This document shows, in pieces, positions 7,557-14,907 of a stretch of 19,746 nt of DNA. The position numbers were made by a program, and so were the translations under genes. A model generated the notes under the pieces. That model saw nothing but the letters and a program-made list of their open reading frames with translations. It did no database searches and was not told where the DNA came from. The stretch's first letter is position 1. Every line of letters starts with the position of its first letter. Source of the DNA: a virus (Duplodnaviria; Heunggongvirae; Uroviricota; Caudoviricetes); IMG/VR virus record IMGVR_UViG_2671180921_000033, positions 1 to 19,746 of that record, one strand, 5' to 3'.

Positions 7557-8240
7557 TCAGTAAAGCCACGGTATAATTTTTTTTGATGATTTTCTTTCTA
7601 ACTCTTTTTTTATTTCCACCATCATTTCTTTTGCTAAAAGAGGCTCAGAACAAGAACCTGATGTATATTTCCAAAAAGTCACATCATCATAACTTTCAGT
7701 TTCTCTTTTAGGTTTCCTTAATAGATCATAGAAACCGACTTGATTCAAAATGCTTTCAATTTTCTTGTCTTTCGGATGTGAAAACCCTATGGCATTTACT
7801 CCAAATTCACTTTTCTTAATAAGCACATCAACTTCAGCGAGAAAAGATAACATAGCAGCTGCACTTATATATTTAGTTGAAGAAAAATCTATATAAACAC
7901 GATTATTCTTCAACACGCAATCGCGTAAATTATTTAAAAATTTATTCATGATTTCAAAATCACGATCGTTGTAATAATTAATAGATATCGGAGCAGAAAA
8001 AACCACCCTTTTATTACTTGTTGTCAACTTTTTCTTCGAGACTCGTAGCTTACGAGTGCGTTTGTAATATTCCAGTTTTCTCTTCGCATTTTCTACTCCT
8101 TCCCAATCCGTGCTTTTCAGAGAATTAAATATCCCCCTCTTCAGTTTCGAAACTTGCCCGCGATAGTTTAGTTTTTGAACTTTTCTTCTTTTTTGCAGAT
8201 TCATAAATATTTTCACATTTGATAACATCGCAGATATCAT
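7557..8240 (-). CDS. Protein with a basic N-terminal region and a STAS-like domain (227 aa), first gene of the cassette
   Basis: Lys/Arg-rich N-terminus (KRRKVQKLNYRGQVSKLKRG...KRTRKLRVSKKKL), then RVYIDFSSTKYISAAAMLSFLAEVDVL...NAIGFSHPKDKKIESILNQVGFYDLL, which resembles a STAS/anti-sigma-antagonist fold. No clear SD, so the start is uncertain. Confidence 0.5.
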   Translation of the reverse strand: MISAMLSNVKIFMNLQKRRKVQKLNYRGQVSKLKRGIFNSLKSTDWEGVENAKRKLEYYKRTRKLRVSKKKLTTSNKRVVFSAPISINYYNDRDFEIMNKFLNNLRDCVLKNNRVYIDFSSTKYISAAAMLSFLAEVDVLIKKSEFGVNAIGFSHPKDKKIESILNQVGFYDLLRKPKRETESYDDVTFWKYTSGSCSEPLLAKEMMVEIKKELERKSSKKIIPWLY

Positions 8241-8476
8241 ATTTCACATGAAAAATTTTTTGTAGCCCCTCCATCAAAGAAAATCGCTGCCTTTATCAAA
8301 AACATTTCGAAATTGTCAGCAACTTAACGTTCCCCCACCCCAACAGTAAAATTGATCCCACTAGCTCAAGTGAAAGTCACCCCGTAACATCCTGTTGATA
8401 CCCAGCGCCTGCGCTTTCGCTCTTACAGCATAACAAGAACGATCGATCCCCCATATGCTTTCTACCGTCAACGTGC

Positions 8477-8938
8477 CTACACACTGACCTGAGTGCCATG
8501 ATTTCCCTCATGCATAACCTGTTCACCGAATACCTCTCGAAAACCATTCTGGTAAAACGCCAGTACGCGCTGCATAGCTTCGCTCCTCCGACACTCGCGA
8601 CAGATTATGTTCAGACGCCTGTCATAGCGGCGTATTTCTCCGTCTGGTAATGAATAAACCAGGTCCGGGTCGCTCTTTTTTTTCACTGCTGCTTTCGACA
8701 TCTTTTTGCGGGCCTTTATCCAGTCCTTACGTGCCTGTTCAGACGGAAATAACCCGTAGCCGGAGTTGTATAAATCGCCACTGGCAACCAGCTCTCTGGC
8801 AAGAACACTCATCAGATACCTTGTCGCACCTGTCTTAGCTTCCAGTTGTCGTAACGTCTCGCGCCCACTCTGGCGCACGAGCTCAACAACCTTCCCCTTA
8901 ATTTTTTCCCGCTCTTCTTGTGTAAATACTTTTGCCAT
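8477..8938 (-). CDS. Hypothetical nin-region phage protein (154 aa)
   Basis: ATG at 8938 preceded by SD GGAGG. Co-oriented with the replication genes. No family recognised. Confidence 0.5.
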   Translation of the reverse strand: MAKVFTQEEREKIKGKVVELVRQSGRETLRQLEAKTGATRYLMSVLARELVASGDLYNSGYGLFPSEQARKDWIKARKKMSKAAVKKKSDPDLVYSLPDGEIRRYDRRLNIICRECRRSEAMQRVLAFYQNGFREVFGEQVMHEGNHGTQVSV

Positions 8939-8953
8939 AAGCGCCTCCGGCAA

Positions 8954-9715
8954 TCACTTTTCCGATGCAACATGGCGGGAAGAATCAGTAATCTGTCGTA
9001 CAATATCCCTGTGCTTGTTCAACTCACGCAGCGCGGCGCAGACACGCTCCCACTTCTGGACATGATTTTTCGCCCGACGCAGTTCGCGGTTTGCCATATG
9101 CAGTGATGGTAAAACCAGGTCATCCGCTCGCGTTTCAGTAAACGATGGCAGCGACTGCACAATGTCCGCCACAGTTTCTGTTTTAATATCTTCCTGTGTT
9201 GCAGCCTCCTGTACTGGTAACGCAACACCTGCGGGCTGAGGAAAGGCCTTACCATCAGTTTCCGCTACCGATGCTGCTTTCGGCTCTGCTGGTAAATTAT
9301 CGCCCGGTATGCAGTAACGAAATTTACCGCCCTGATTTACGCGAATCAGACGACCTTTGCTGATTGCCATTGCCAACGTTGAAGCCACTTTGCGTGATGT
9401 GGTACCAAAAAATGTAGCCAGCTCATCCGCCGTTTGTGGTCCACGTTGTTCAATCGTCGCAGTTAAATCGCTCTCTGAAATTTTCGCGACTGTTGCCGTG
9501 GTAGTTTCTTCCGGCAGTTCTGCCGGCGCTGGCTGTTCCTGCTGAACGTTGTTATCAGCCACACGCCAGGTGTACGCGCTTTTATCAACGAAACCAGCCT
9601 TTTTCAGTTCCCATAGTTCGTTCAGCACTTCTTCACGACTGATATCAAGTCGCGCAGCAAGTTCTATGGATGTGGCTTTTCCCATCGCTTTCAGTGCGTC
9701 AAAAACAGTCTCCAT
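8954..9715 (-). CDS. Hypothetical phage protein, possibly a winged-helix DNA-binding protein (253 aa)
   Basis: ATG at 9715 preceded by SD GGGAGG. Two segments ([26 protein letters not shown] and [29 protein letters not shown]) look like HTH/winged-helix units. Confidence 0.5.
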   Translation of the reverse strand: METVFDALKAMGKATSIELAARLDISREEVLNELWELKKAGFVDKSAYTWRVADNNVQQEQPAPAELPEETTTATVAKISESDLTATIEQRGPQTADELATFFGTTSRKVASTLAMAISKGRLIRVNQGGKFRYCIPGDNLPAEPKAASVAETDGKAFPQPAGVALPVQEAATQEDIKTETVADIVQSLPSFTETRADDLVLPSLHMANRELRRAKNHVQKWERVCAALRELNKHRDIVRQITDSSRHVASEK

Positions 9716-9737
9716 TAAAATTTCCTCCCGGTAAAAA

Positions 9738-10484
9738 TCACTTCGCAATTCCTGGCTGGACGACATTCGGACGCCAGCTCTCCCAGTTAAAATTCACCCA
9801 TCGCCCGCCGTTCATGGTCATGCGGTCCATCACTCGCTCTCCCAGAAGGGTGCTCATCGCGGTATGGTTCAGGTTCGTCAGCATCCCGACACTGCGCATC
9901 GAAGCCGTTCTGCGGTCGACTATCTGGTTCAGAGTGACCTGTTCATTGCGTGTATCACGCTGCATGCCAATCTCATCCAGAACCAGCAGGTCAACGTTGC
10001 ACAATCCCTGCAAAAACTTTTCACCCGAGTTTTTGTTGTCGTAGCTGCCGTGCAACGCCAGCATCACATCAGCCACAGTGATCACAATCACACTCCGCCC
10101 CTTCGCCAGAAGATGGTTGCCGATGGCTGCCGCAAGGTGATTTTTTCCGGTACCCGGCTTACCGCTGAACACGAAATTTGTGCACCTGGTCATAAGTTCG
10201 TCCGCGATGGATTTTGCATGACTCAGCGCGTGGCGTTGCCCGTCGTTCTGCACCCGGTAATTCGCAAACGAACACTTCTGGTGCAACGGCTGGATACCCG
10301 AACGGTTCAGAATTTTTTCCGCATGAATCTTGTTATTCAGGCGATTAATCTCCTCACTACGTTTTCGCCCTTCAGCAAGCCACCACTCGTACCACTCTTC
10401 CCGTGTCCGGTACGGCGCGGTTACATGCTGTGGGGCCAGTCTGCGGATACGTTCAAGAACACCGCTTGCCGCAATATTTTTCAT
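9738..10484 (-). CDS. DnaC-like helicase loader (IstB-like AAA+ ATPase), lambda P equivalent
   Basis: Walker [18 protein letters not shown] and Walker [10 protein letters not shown]. Position immediately downstream of the O-like initiator. Confidence 0.85.
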   Translation of the reverse strand: MKNIAASGVLERIRRLAPQHVTAPYRTREEWYEWWLAEGRKRSEEINRLNNKIHAEKILNRSGIQPLHQKCSFANYRVQNDGQRHALSHAKSIADELMTRCTNFVFSGKPGTGKNHLAAAIGNHLLAKGRSVIVITVADVMLALHGSYDNKNSGEKFLQGLCNVDLLVLDEIGMQRDTRNEQVTLNQIVDRRTASMRSVGMLTNLNHTAMSTLLGERVMDRMTMNGGRWVNFNWESWRPNVVQPGIAK

Positions 10485-10490
10485 GGTCAG

Positions 10491-11456
10491 TTACCCCCTG
10501 AAGCCTGGCGGAATTTCGGTATCCGGTTCAGAAATGTGATTCACACAACGCTGTGCCGGACCACGTCCCAGACGAATCACCAGCTCATCCCATTTTTCGC
10601 GGAGCTTTGACGGACTCATGATGTTTTTTACCCAGAATGAATCCCGCTGTACCCGACCAAACATTTCGCAAATTTGCCTGTGCGTTCTGCCATCCAGCAT
10701 CCGCATTGTGCGCACGTCATTGGCCCACGCGGTCCAGTTGGGTTCTTTCGGACGCGCGATCTCACCATCATCGCTGGCGGCCTGCTCGTAAAGACTCACG
10801 ATTCGTCCCCAGATCCACTGCGCACACGCCAAATCTTCCTGGCTGCCCCACTGGCGTTTTTTCGCACTGAACACAACCGCGTCAGGGTGTCGGGTTAAAA
10901 AATCCTGTTCAGCCGTCTGCGGGTCCGGTTGCGAAGCGTCCGGACGAGAAGTGTTTTTATTCTCTGTAGTAATCTCTGTTGTATTCTCTGTAAGATCATC
11001 GGGCCATTTTGACCCGATGACATTGGGTCGTTTTGAACCAATGGAGCGTGTCATTTTGGCCTCTTCCATCGTGTCATTTTGACCTGATGGAGCGGCGCAT
11101 TTTGACCTGATGGATTCGCTCGCTTTGCCACCATCTAAAAGCTCGCTCTCGTAATTAATCGTGTAAAAATTAGTCATGTCACGCTTTGATTTATTGAGCT
11201 TTTCGCAACGCAAAAGCCCCAGCGTTTTCAGACTTGCAAATGCGCGTTTTAACGTTGACTCTGACCAGAACGGGAACTGTTCCAGCCATTGTTCCGTTGT
11301 GTTATAAATCCAGCGAACACCGTCACACTCCATGCCGGAATTGGTATCTCTCAACCAGTAATGCAGCTGCTGCAACACGATGGCTTCGTTCAGACCTATT
11401 TTCATCGCCAGCTGCGTGTTTATAACCAGCGGGCGTTCAGCAAAAAGGAGCTTCAT
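10491..11456 (-). CDS. Replication initiator / replisome organiser (lambda O equivalent)
   Basis: N-terminal winged-helix-like segment LNEAIVLQQLHYWLRDTNSG, strong SD GGGGGAAGGG, and an internal iteron array (11001..11115) as in lambda O/ori. Confidence 0.7.
   Translation of the reverse strand: MKLLFAERPLVINTQLAMKIGLNEAIVLQQLHYWLRDTNSGMECDGVRWIYNTTEQWLEQFPFWSESTLKRAFASLKTLGLLRCEKLNKSKRDMTNFYTINYESELLDGGKASESIRSKCAAPSGQNDTMEEAKMTRSIGSKRPNVIGSKWPDDLTENTTEITTENKNTSRPDASQPDPQTAEQDFLTRHPDAVVFSAKKRQWGSQEDLACAQWIWGRIVSLYEQAASDDGEIARPKEPNWTAWANDVRTMRMLDGRTHRQICEMFGRVQRDSFWVKNIMSPSKLREKWDELVIRLGRGPAQRCVNHISEPDTEIPPGFRG
11001..11115. repeat. Iteron array (candidate phage origin) inside the O-like gene
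   Basis: Five copies of CATTTTGACC(C/T)GATGG-like repeats (two degenerate) spaced about 23-24 bp apart from 11005 to 11112, with shorter CTCTGT direct repeats just left of them. Confidence 0.55.
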
Positions 11457-11477
11457 CCCTTCCCCCGGAACACGTTA

Positions 11478-11903
11478 TCAATGCACCACCACGGCATTTC
11501 CTGCCGGACCACCGCGATTCATCTGGTCGAACAGAACGATCGCTGATGCAACGAACTCATCGATATCTTTCACCAGCCGATCCCGTCGCTCGACAATCTC
11601 CCGGTGATACTCCGAACTGTGACTGCGCATTCGGGCCACCAGCGGTGGCGGCATTGCCTTTTCGATCGCTGGTAACAACGCCTGAATTTTTTTAACCGCA
11701 TCAGGGGTGTCTTTCTCCACCCAGCGGAAAATCTTCTGAGTATTGCGAGCCAGGGCTTCTGGGTGTGAATCGTCGTACAGTTCCGGAAACGTCATTCCCA
11801 GCTCAAAATACGCTTTGGTAATCTCTGCAGCCGGAACTTTCTCGCCGTCCGGATGCGCCCAGGCATTCATCGCCATGCGGATGTGTTCATGCTTGATTTT
11901 CAT
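11478..11903 (-). CDS. YdaT-like prophage protein (CII-position gene)
   Basis: Begins MKIKHEHI and ends VVVH, as I recall for Rac YdaT. Start overlaps the upstream gene stop as ATGA. SD GGGAG. Confidence 0.5.
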   Translation of the reverse strand: MKIKHEHIRMAMNAWAHPDGEKVPAAEITKAYFELGMTFPELYDDSHPEALARNTQKIFRWVEKDTPDAVKKIQALLPAIEKAMPPPLVARMRSHSSEYHREIVERRDRLVKDIDEFVASAIVLFDQMNRGGPAGNAVVVH

Positions 11904-12160
11904 GAATCAACTCCCGCAGCTGGTTGTGTGTTAGCCTTAAACTCAGAAGGCAAGCCGTCGGTTGGGTTAGGATAAATATCTGGGCGGATTTCATGCGGGG
12001 TAACTTCCCACTTCATTAGTTGGCATAACGGAATTACCTGCTTTGGGGGAACGCCAAAGCTAAACCATTGCCAAACAGTCTGTTGAGCGACCCCCATATA
12101 ACGACCTATTTCAGCCTGAGTGTATTTCTGCCTAATTTTTTCGCGAGTGCTATCTAGCAT
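11900..12160 (-). CDS. Cro-like / YdaS-like HTH regulator
   Basis: HTH-like segment YTQAEIGRYMGVAQQTVWQWF. Divergent from the repressor gene across the operator region. SD GAGGAGGG. Confidence 0.6.
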   Translation of the reverse strand: MLDSTREKIRQKYTQAEIGRYMGVAQQTVWQWFSFGVPPKQVIPLCQLMKWEVTPHEIRPDIYPNPTDGLPSEFKANTQPAAGVDS

Positions 12161-12196
12161 TTTGCCCTCCTCTAAAAACTATAAGCAAAGCCTACA

Positions 12197-12229
12197 ATAA
12201 AAAACTGTATACGATCAACAGTTTTTTAT
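12197..12229. promoter_or_regulatory. Operator-like inverted repeat in the divergent promoter region
   Basis: Perfect 12-bp arms ATAAAAAACTGT - 9 bp - ACAGTTTTTTAT between the Cro-like and repressor genes. Confidence 0.5.
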
Positions 12230-12268
12230 TGTGATGCTTTTAACAGTATTTACCTGTAAAATTGAATA

Positions 12269-12670
12269 ATGATGAGCGCCCTAGAAGTATCTATGTACAG
12301 AATCAGCAAGCTTCTTCAGGAAACTGGATGGAGCCAGGCTGAGCTTGCCCGTAGAATTGGTGTGACACAACAAACTGTTCAACAATGGGTCAGCGGTAAG
12401 GCTACACCTAAAGCCTCAAGTTTGGATAAACTGGTTGAGGTTTCAGGGCATCCATTGCATTGGTTTTTATTGCCTCCTGAAGAGGGTGAGCAAATTTTCA
12501 CCCCTGACACGATGAAAATTGGTCCTCGCCAACGCGAACTGCTCCAAGCTTTTAGTGCGTTTCCTGAGGAAGACCAAGAAAAAATGCTTCAAGAAATCAA
12601 AGACAAGAAAAAATCAATGGAAGAAACCATTGCTCGGTGGCTGGCTGCACAAAAAAGCCGCCGGGCGTGA
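12269..12670 (+). CDS. XRE-family HTH repressor (PaaR-like; candidate prophage repressor)
   Basis: HTH segment WSQAELARRIGVTQQTVQQWVSGK. First gene of an operon with the antitoxin and toxin below. Start could be the ATG at 12269 or at 12293. Confidence 0.7.
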   Translation: MMSALEVSMYRISKLLQETGWSQAELARRIGVTQQTVQQWVSGKATPKASSLDKLVEVSGHPLHWFLLPPEEGEQIFTPDTMKIGPRQRELLQAFSAFPEEDQEKMLQEIKDKKKSMEETIARWLAAQKSRRA

Positions 12671-12697
12671 CCACAGTACAAGAAGAGGAGTTATGCC

Positions 12698-12889
12698 ATG
12701 GGTACAGCCCTTTCTCCGATAGTTTCAGAATTCGAAACTACCGAACAAGAAAACAGTTACAACGAATGGTTGCGCACTAAAGTAACGTCAAGCCTTGCAG
12801 GCACTCGCCCCGCAATTCCACATGACGAGGTAATGGCTGAAATGGAAAATCTTATTGCTCAAATTGCTGTAACTAACAGGAGCGAGTAA
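12698..12889 (+). CDS. PaaA2-like antitoxin
   Basis: 63 aa, MGTALSPIVSEFETTEQENSYNEWLRTKVTSSLAGTRPAIPHDEV; strong SD AAGAGGAG. Resembles, from memory, the PaaA2 antitoxin of E. coli three-component ParE systems. Confidence 0.65.
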   Translation: MGTALSPIVSEFETTEQENSYNEWLRTKVTSSLAGTRPAIPHDEVMAEMENLIAQIAVTNRSE

Positions 12890-13176
12890 TGTTACCCATT
12901 TTATGGCTACCGTCTGCTCGCGATGATTTGCGTCAGATCATAACTTACATCGCCAAGGAGAACCCACCGGCAGCACGTAGACTAAAAATACGCATTGAAA
13001 CATCGGTATTACCTCTATCTGAGCATCCGTACTTATATCCACCAAGCGAACGGGTTTCTGGATTGAGAGAGATCGTGACCCACCCTAACTACATAATCCT
13101 GTACAGAGTAGCTGCTTCAAGCATTGAGATTGTAAGCGTGACACATTCTCGGCGACAATTTCCCTTCTCTATCTGA
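12889..13176 (+). CDS. ParE/RelE-family toxin
   Basis: 95 aa, MLPILWLPSARDDLRQIITYIAKENPPAARRL...REIVTHPNYIILYRV. Its start overlaps the antitoxin stop by 1 nt (TAATG). Confidence 0.8.
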   Translation: MLPILWLPSARDDLRQIITYIAKENPPAARRLKIRIETSVLPLSEHPYLYPPSERVSGLREIVTHPNYIILYRVAASSIEIVSVTHSRRQFPFSI

Positions 13177-13194
13177 GTTGAACAATTTTCATAC

Positions 13195-13219
13195 TCCCTC
13201 TTTCGAGGGATTTTTTTTT
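13195..13219 (+). terminator. Rho-independent terminator of the repressor-antitoxin-toxin operon
   Basis: TCCCTC-TTTC-GAGGGA followed by nine T residues. Confidence 0.65.
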
Positions 13220-13233
13220 GCCCAAAACAACAA

Positions 13234-13272
13234 TTAAAAACTGTTGACATAAAACAGTTTTTAATTGTAGAT
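13234..13272 (+). promoter_or_regulatory. Second operator-like inverted repeat overlapping a candidate PL-like promoter
   Basis: Perfect 11-bp arms TTAAAAACTGT - 9 bp - ACAGTTTTTAA. TTGACA at 13244..13249 lies inside the repeat, with a weak -10 (GTAGAT/TAGATT) 17-18 nt downstream. Confidence 0.5.
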
Positions 13273-13455
13273 TACATACACCAACCACCCACCCCGCCCC
13301 ACAGAATGTCGGGCAATACTTCGAGTTACCCGGCAGTGGTCAGGGGTTAAGTAGCCAGCCCGAGGCGTAAGAACATGACGGCAGGGTTCAACTTTAATAA
13401 CTATGCAGCAGGTTTTTGTTCCGCTACCCCGGCGTTAAGGGGAAATGAGGTCAGC

Positions 13456-13611
13456 ATGGATACTATCGATCTTGGCAACAGCGAATCTCTGGTATGTGGC
13501 GTGTTCCCCAACCAAGACGGTACGTTCACCGCGATGACGTATACCAAAAGCAAAACGTTTAAAACCGAAGCTGGCGCGCGTCGTTGGGTGGCAAGACATT
13601 CAGGTGAATAA
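13456..13611 (+). CDS. Small early-left protein (51 aa)
   Basis: ATG at 13456 preceded by SD-like AGGGGAAATGAGG. Translation MDTIDLGNSESLVCGVFPNQDGTFTAMTYTKSKTFKTEAGARRWVARHSGE. The ORF-track version is a 78-codon extension. Confidence 0.4.
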   Translation: MDTIDLGNSESLVCGVFPNQDGTFTAMTYTKSKTFKTEAGARRWVARHSGE

Positions 13612-13612
13612 A

Positions 13613-13759
13613 ATGAACGAAACAGAATTAAAACACGTTATCGCTCTACTTCTGGAGGATACAAAACGCCTCCAGCAACTGGAACCAAATGCAGGCACTG
13701 AAGCCCGCATCTTGCTGGCATTGCGCGCTATTGAGTCAGGTCGTGATGATGAAGGTTAA
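13613..13759 (+). CDS. Small early-left protein (48 aa)
   Basis: ATG 2 nt after the previous stop. Translation MNETELKHVIALLLEDTKRLQQLEPNAGTEARILLALRAIESGRDDEG. Below the ORF-track cutoff. Confidence 0.3.
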   Translation: MNETELKHVIALLLEDTKRLQQLEPNAGTEARILLALRAIESGRDDEG

Positions 13760-14040
13760 GCATCATCTAAGTTTTTTACATAGCGCCCATTAGATTCGGT
13801 AACAAGAACTCCGGGATTTTTCTTAACTTTTGAGGCCACTGATTCAGCAAGGTTAGCAACAGATTCTTTGTCTTCATTCTTGCTTGAATATGTATATTCG
13901 GCATTAGGAAGTCGGTAGGTGTTCCCTGAAGAGGTTGTAATCGTTCTGGAGAATCCCTTTGCTTCCATTCGTTCATGAAGCTTATCGTAATCAGCGGAAC
14001 TGGAATCGCGAAGTTCGATCCTGACTGTAAATTTTGCCAT
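13756..14040 (-). CDS. Hypothetical protein (94 aa), oppositely oriented moron inside the early-left arm
   Basis: ATG at 14040 preceded by SD GGAGGA. Translation MAKFTVRIELRDSSSADYDKLHERMEAKGFSRTITTSSGNTYRLP... Its 3' end overlaps the convergent plus-strand ORF by 4 nt. Confidence 0.5.
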   Translation of the reverse strand: MAKFTVRIELRDSSSADYDKLHERMEAKGFSRTITTSSGNTYRLPNAEYTYSSKNEDKESVANLAESVASKVKKNPGVLVTESNGRYVKNLDDA

Positions 14041-14626
14041 TTTATCCTCCATTAAGGTTCTGGGTTAGAAATGGAGACCAACACGCTGCTACGTGTGGTC
14101 GTGCGCCGGACACGGATAAGAATCCGGCACTGACAGTTTACTGAAAAGATATATCCCTGAAAAATCAGGGCATAACACGAAAGCGCACGGCGAAGTCCTT
14201 CTCCCTTAGAGCTGTCGTTAAATTTAATTCGACCGTGCGCTTCCGGTTGTGGCAATCCGCGAAATGGCGCGGCGGTAAGTATGGCAGGGGTTATTTCTTT
14301 CTCCTGGTTAGGACGCCGGGTTGTCAGGTTGACCATACGCCTGAGTGACAACCCCGTCACAACATCTCCATGTTTGTTGGTTGGCACCGGGAACTTTGGC
14401 GGAATCAGTTTTTGCTTCGCTACTGCTCTTCCGCCCTTTTTTAAAGTGAATTTTGTGATGCGGTGAATGCGGCTCAGCGCACGCGGAACAGTTAAAAACA
14501 CAAGTGTTATGGGTGAATCATCCGGCGTTAATTGTTAACTGGTTAACGTCACCTGGAGGCACCAGGCACCGCATCAACAAAGTTCACTTCGGTGATGAAA
14601 GGTAGAGAAAATGTTGAATGTAGCTA

Positions 14627-14655
14627 TTGAAAACCTGAACGGGTGGAATTATAGT
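14627..14655 (+). promoter_or_regulatory. Second PR'-like promoter (homologous to the region downstream of Q)
   Basis: TTGAAA - 17 nt - TATAGT. The following roughly 250 bp align in patches with the reverse complement of 2100..2370. Confidence 0.4.
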
Positions 14656-14715
14656 GCATCCGCACCTCATAAAACGGGTGTCGGGCGTGGAAACCCGATG
14701 TTCACTAACGCGCAT

Positions 14716-14739
14716 AACCGCGCTCAGGCGGTTTTTTTA
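14716..14739 (+). terminator. tR'-like intrinsic terminator, second copy
   Basis: AACCGC-GCTCAG-GCGGTT followed by TTTTTTTA; near-identical to the minus-strand terminator at 2261..2283. Confidence 0.6.
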
Positions 14740-14907
14740 TGCGTAATGCACAGCCACATTCAGATTATGGTGGGACGTGCAGGGCAGCCGCAAGGCTGGC
14801 CGGGTTCGTTAGTGACCGGTATTTCCACCCCTGTACGTCTCACCACCCTTATGGTCGTGGAAAACCTTGGTGGTGAGTTAATCAAATTCACTAACGAGGC
14901 TGCTATC

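Noticed and set aside
9864-10898. Plus-strand ORFs (248 aa and smaller) opposite the DnaC-like and O-like genes
   Set aside because: Antisense to genes with clear Walker motifs and SD sequences; no independent support.
10950-11115. CRISPR array
   Set aside because: The repeats are short iterons with very short spacers inside a coding sequence; no CRISPR-type repeat-spacer structure or cas genes.
12197-12229. LexA (SOS) box
   Set aside because: The repeat has the CTGT...ACAG core, but the spacer is 9 bp rather than the 8 bp of the LexA consensus, and the same motif recurs at 13234..13264 in an operator-like arrangement.
14052-14501. 149-aa minus-strand ORF and 61-aa plus-strand ORF
   Set aside because: No ribosome-binding site, implausible basic/low-complexity composition; treated as non-coding (see finding).
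14611-14907. 5' extension of the Rha ORF to the ATG at 14611 (283-aa version)
   Set aside because: The extension would be translated through a promoter and an intrinsic terminator. A good SD plus ATG at 14908 begins the recognisable Rha domain.
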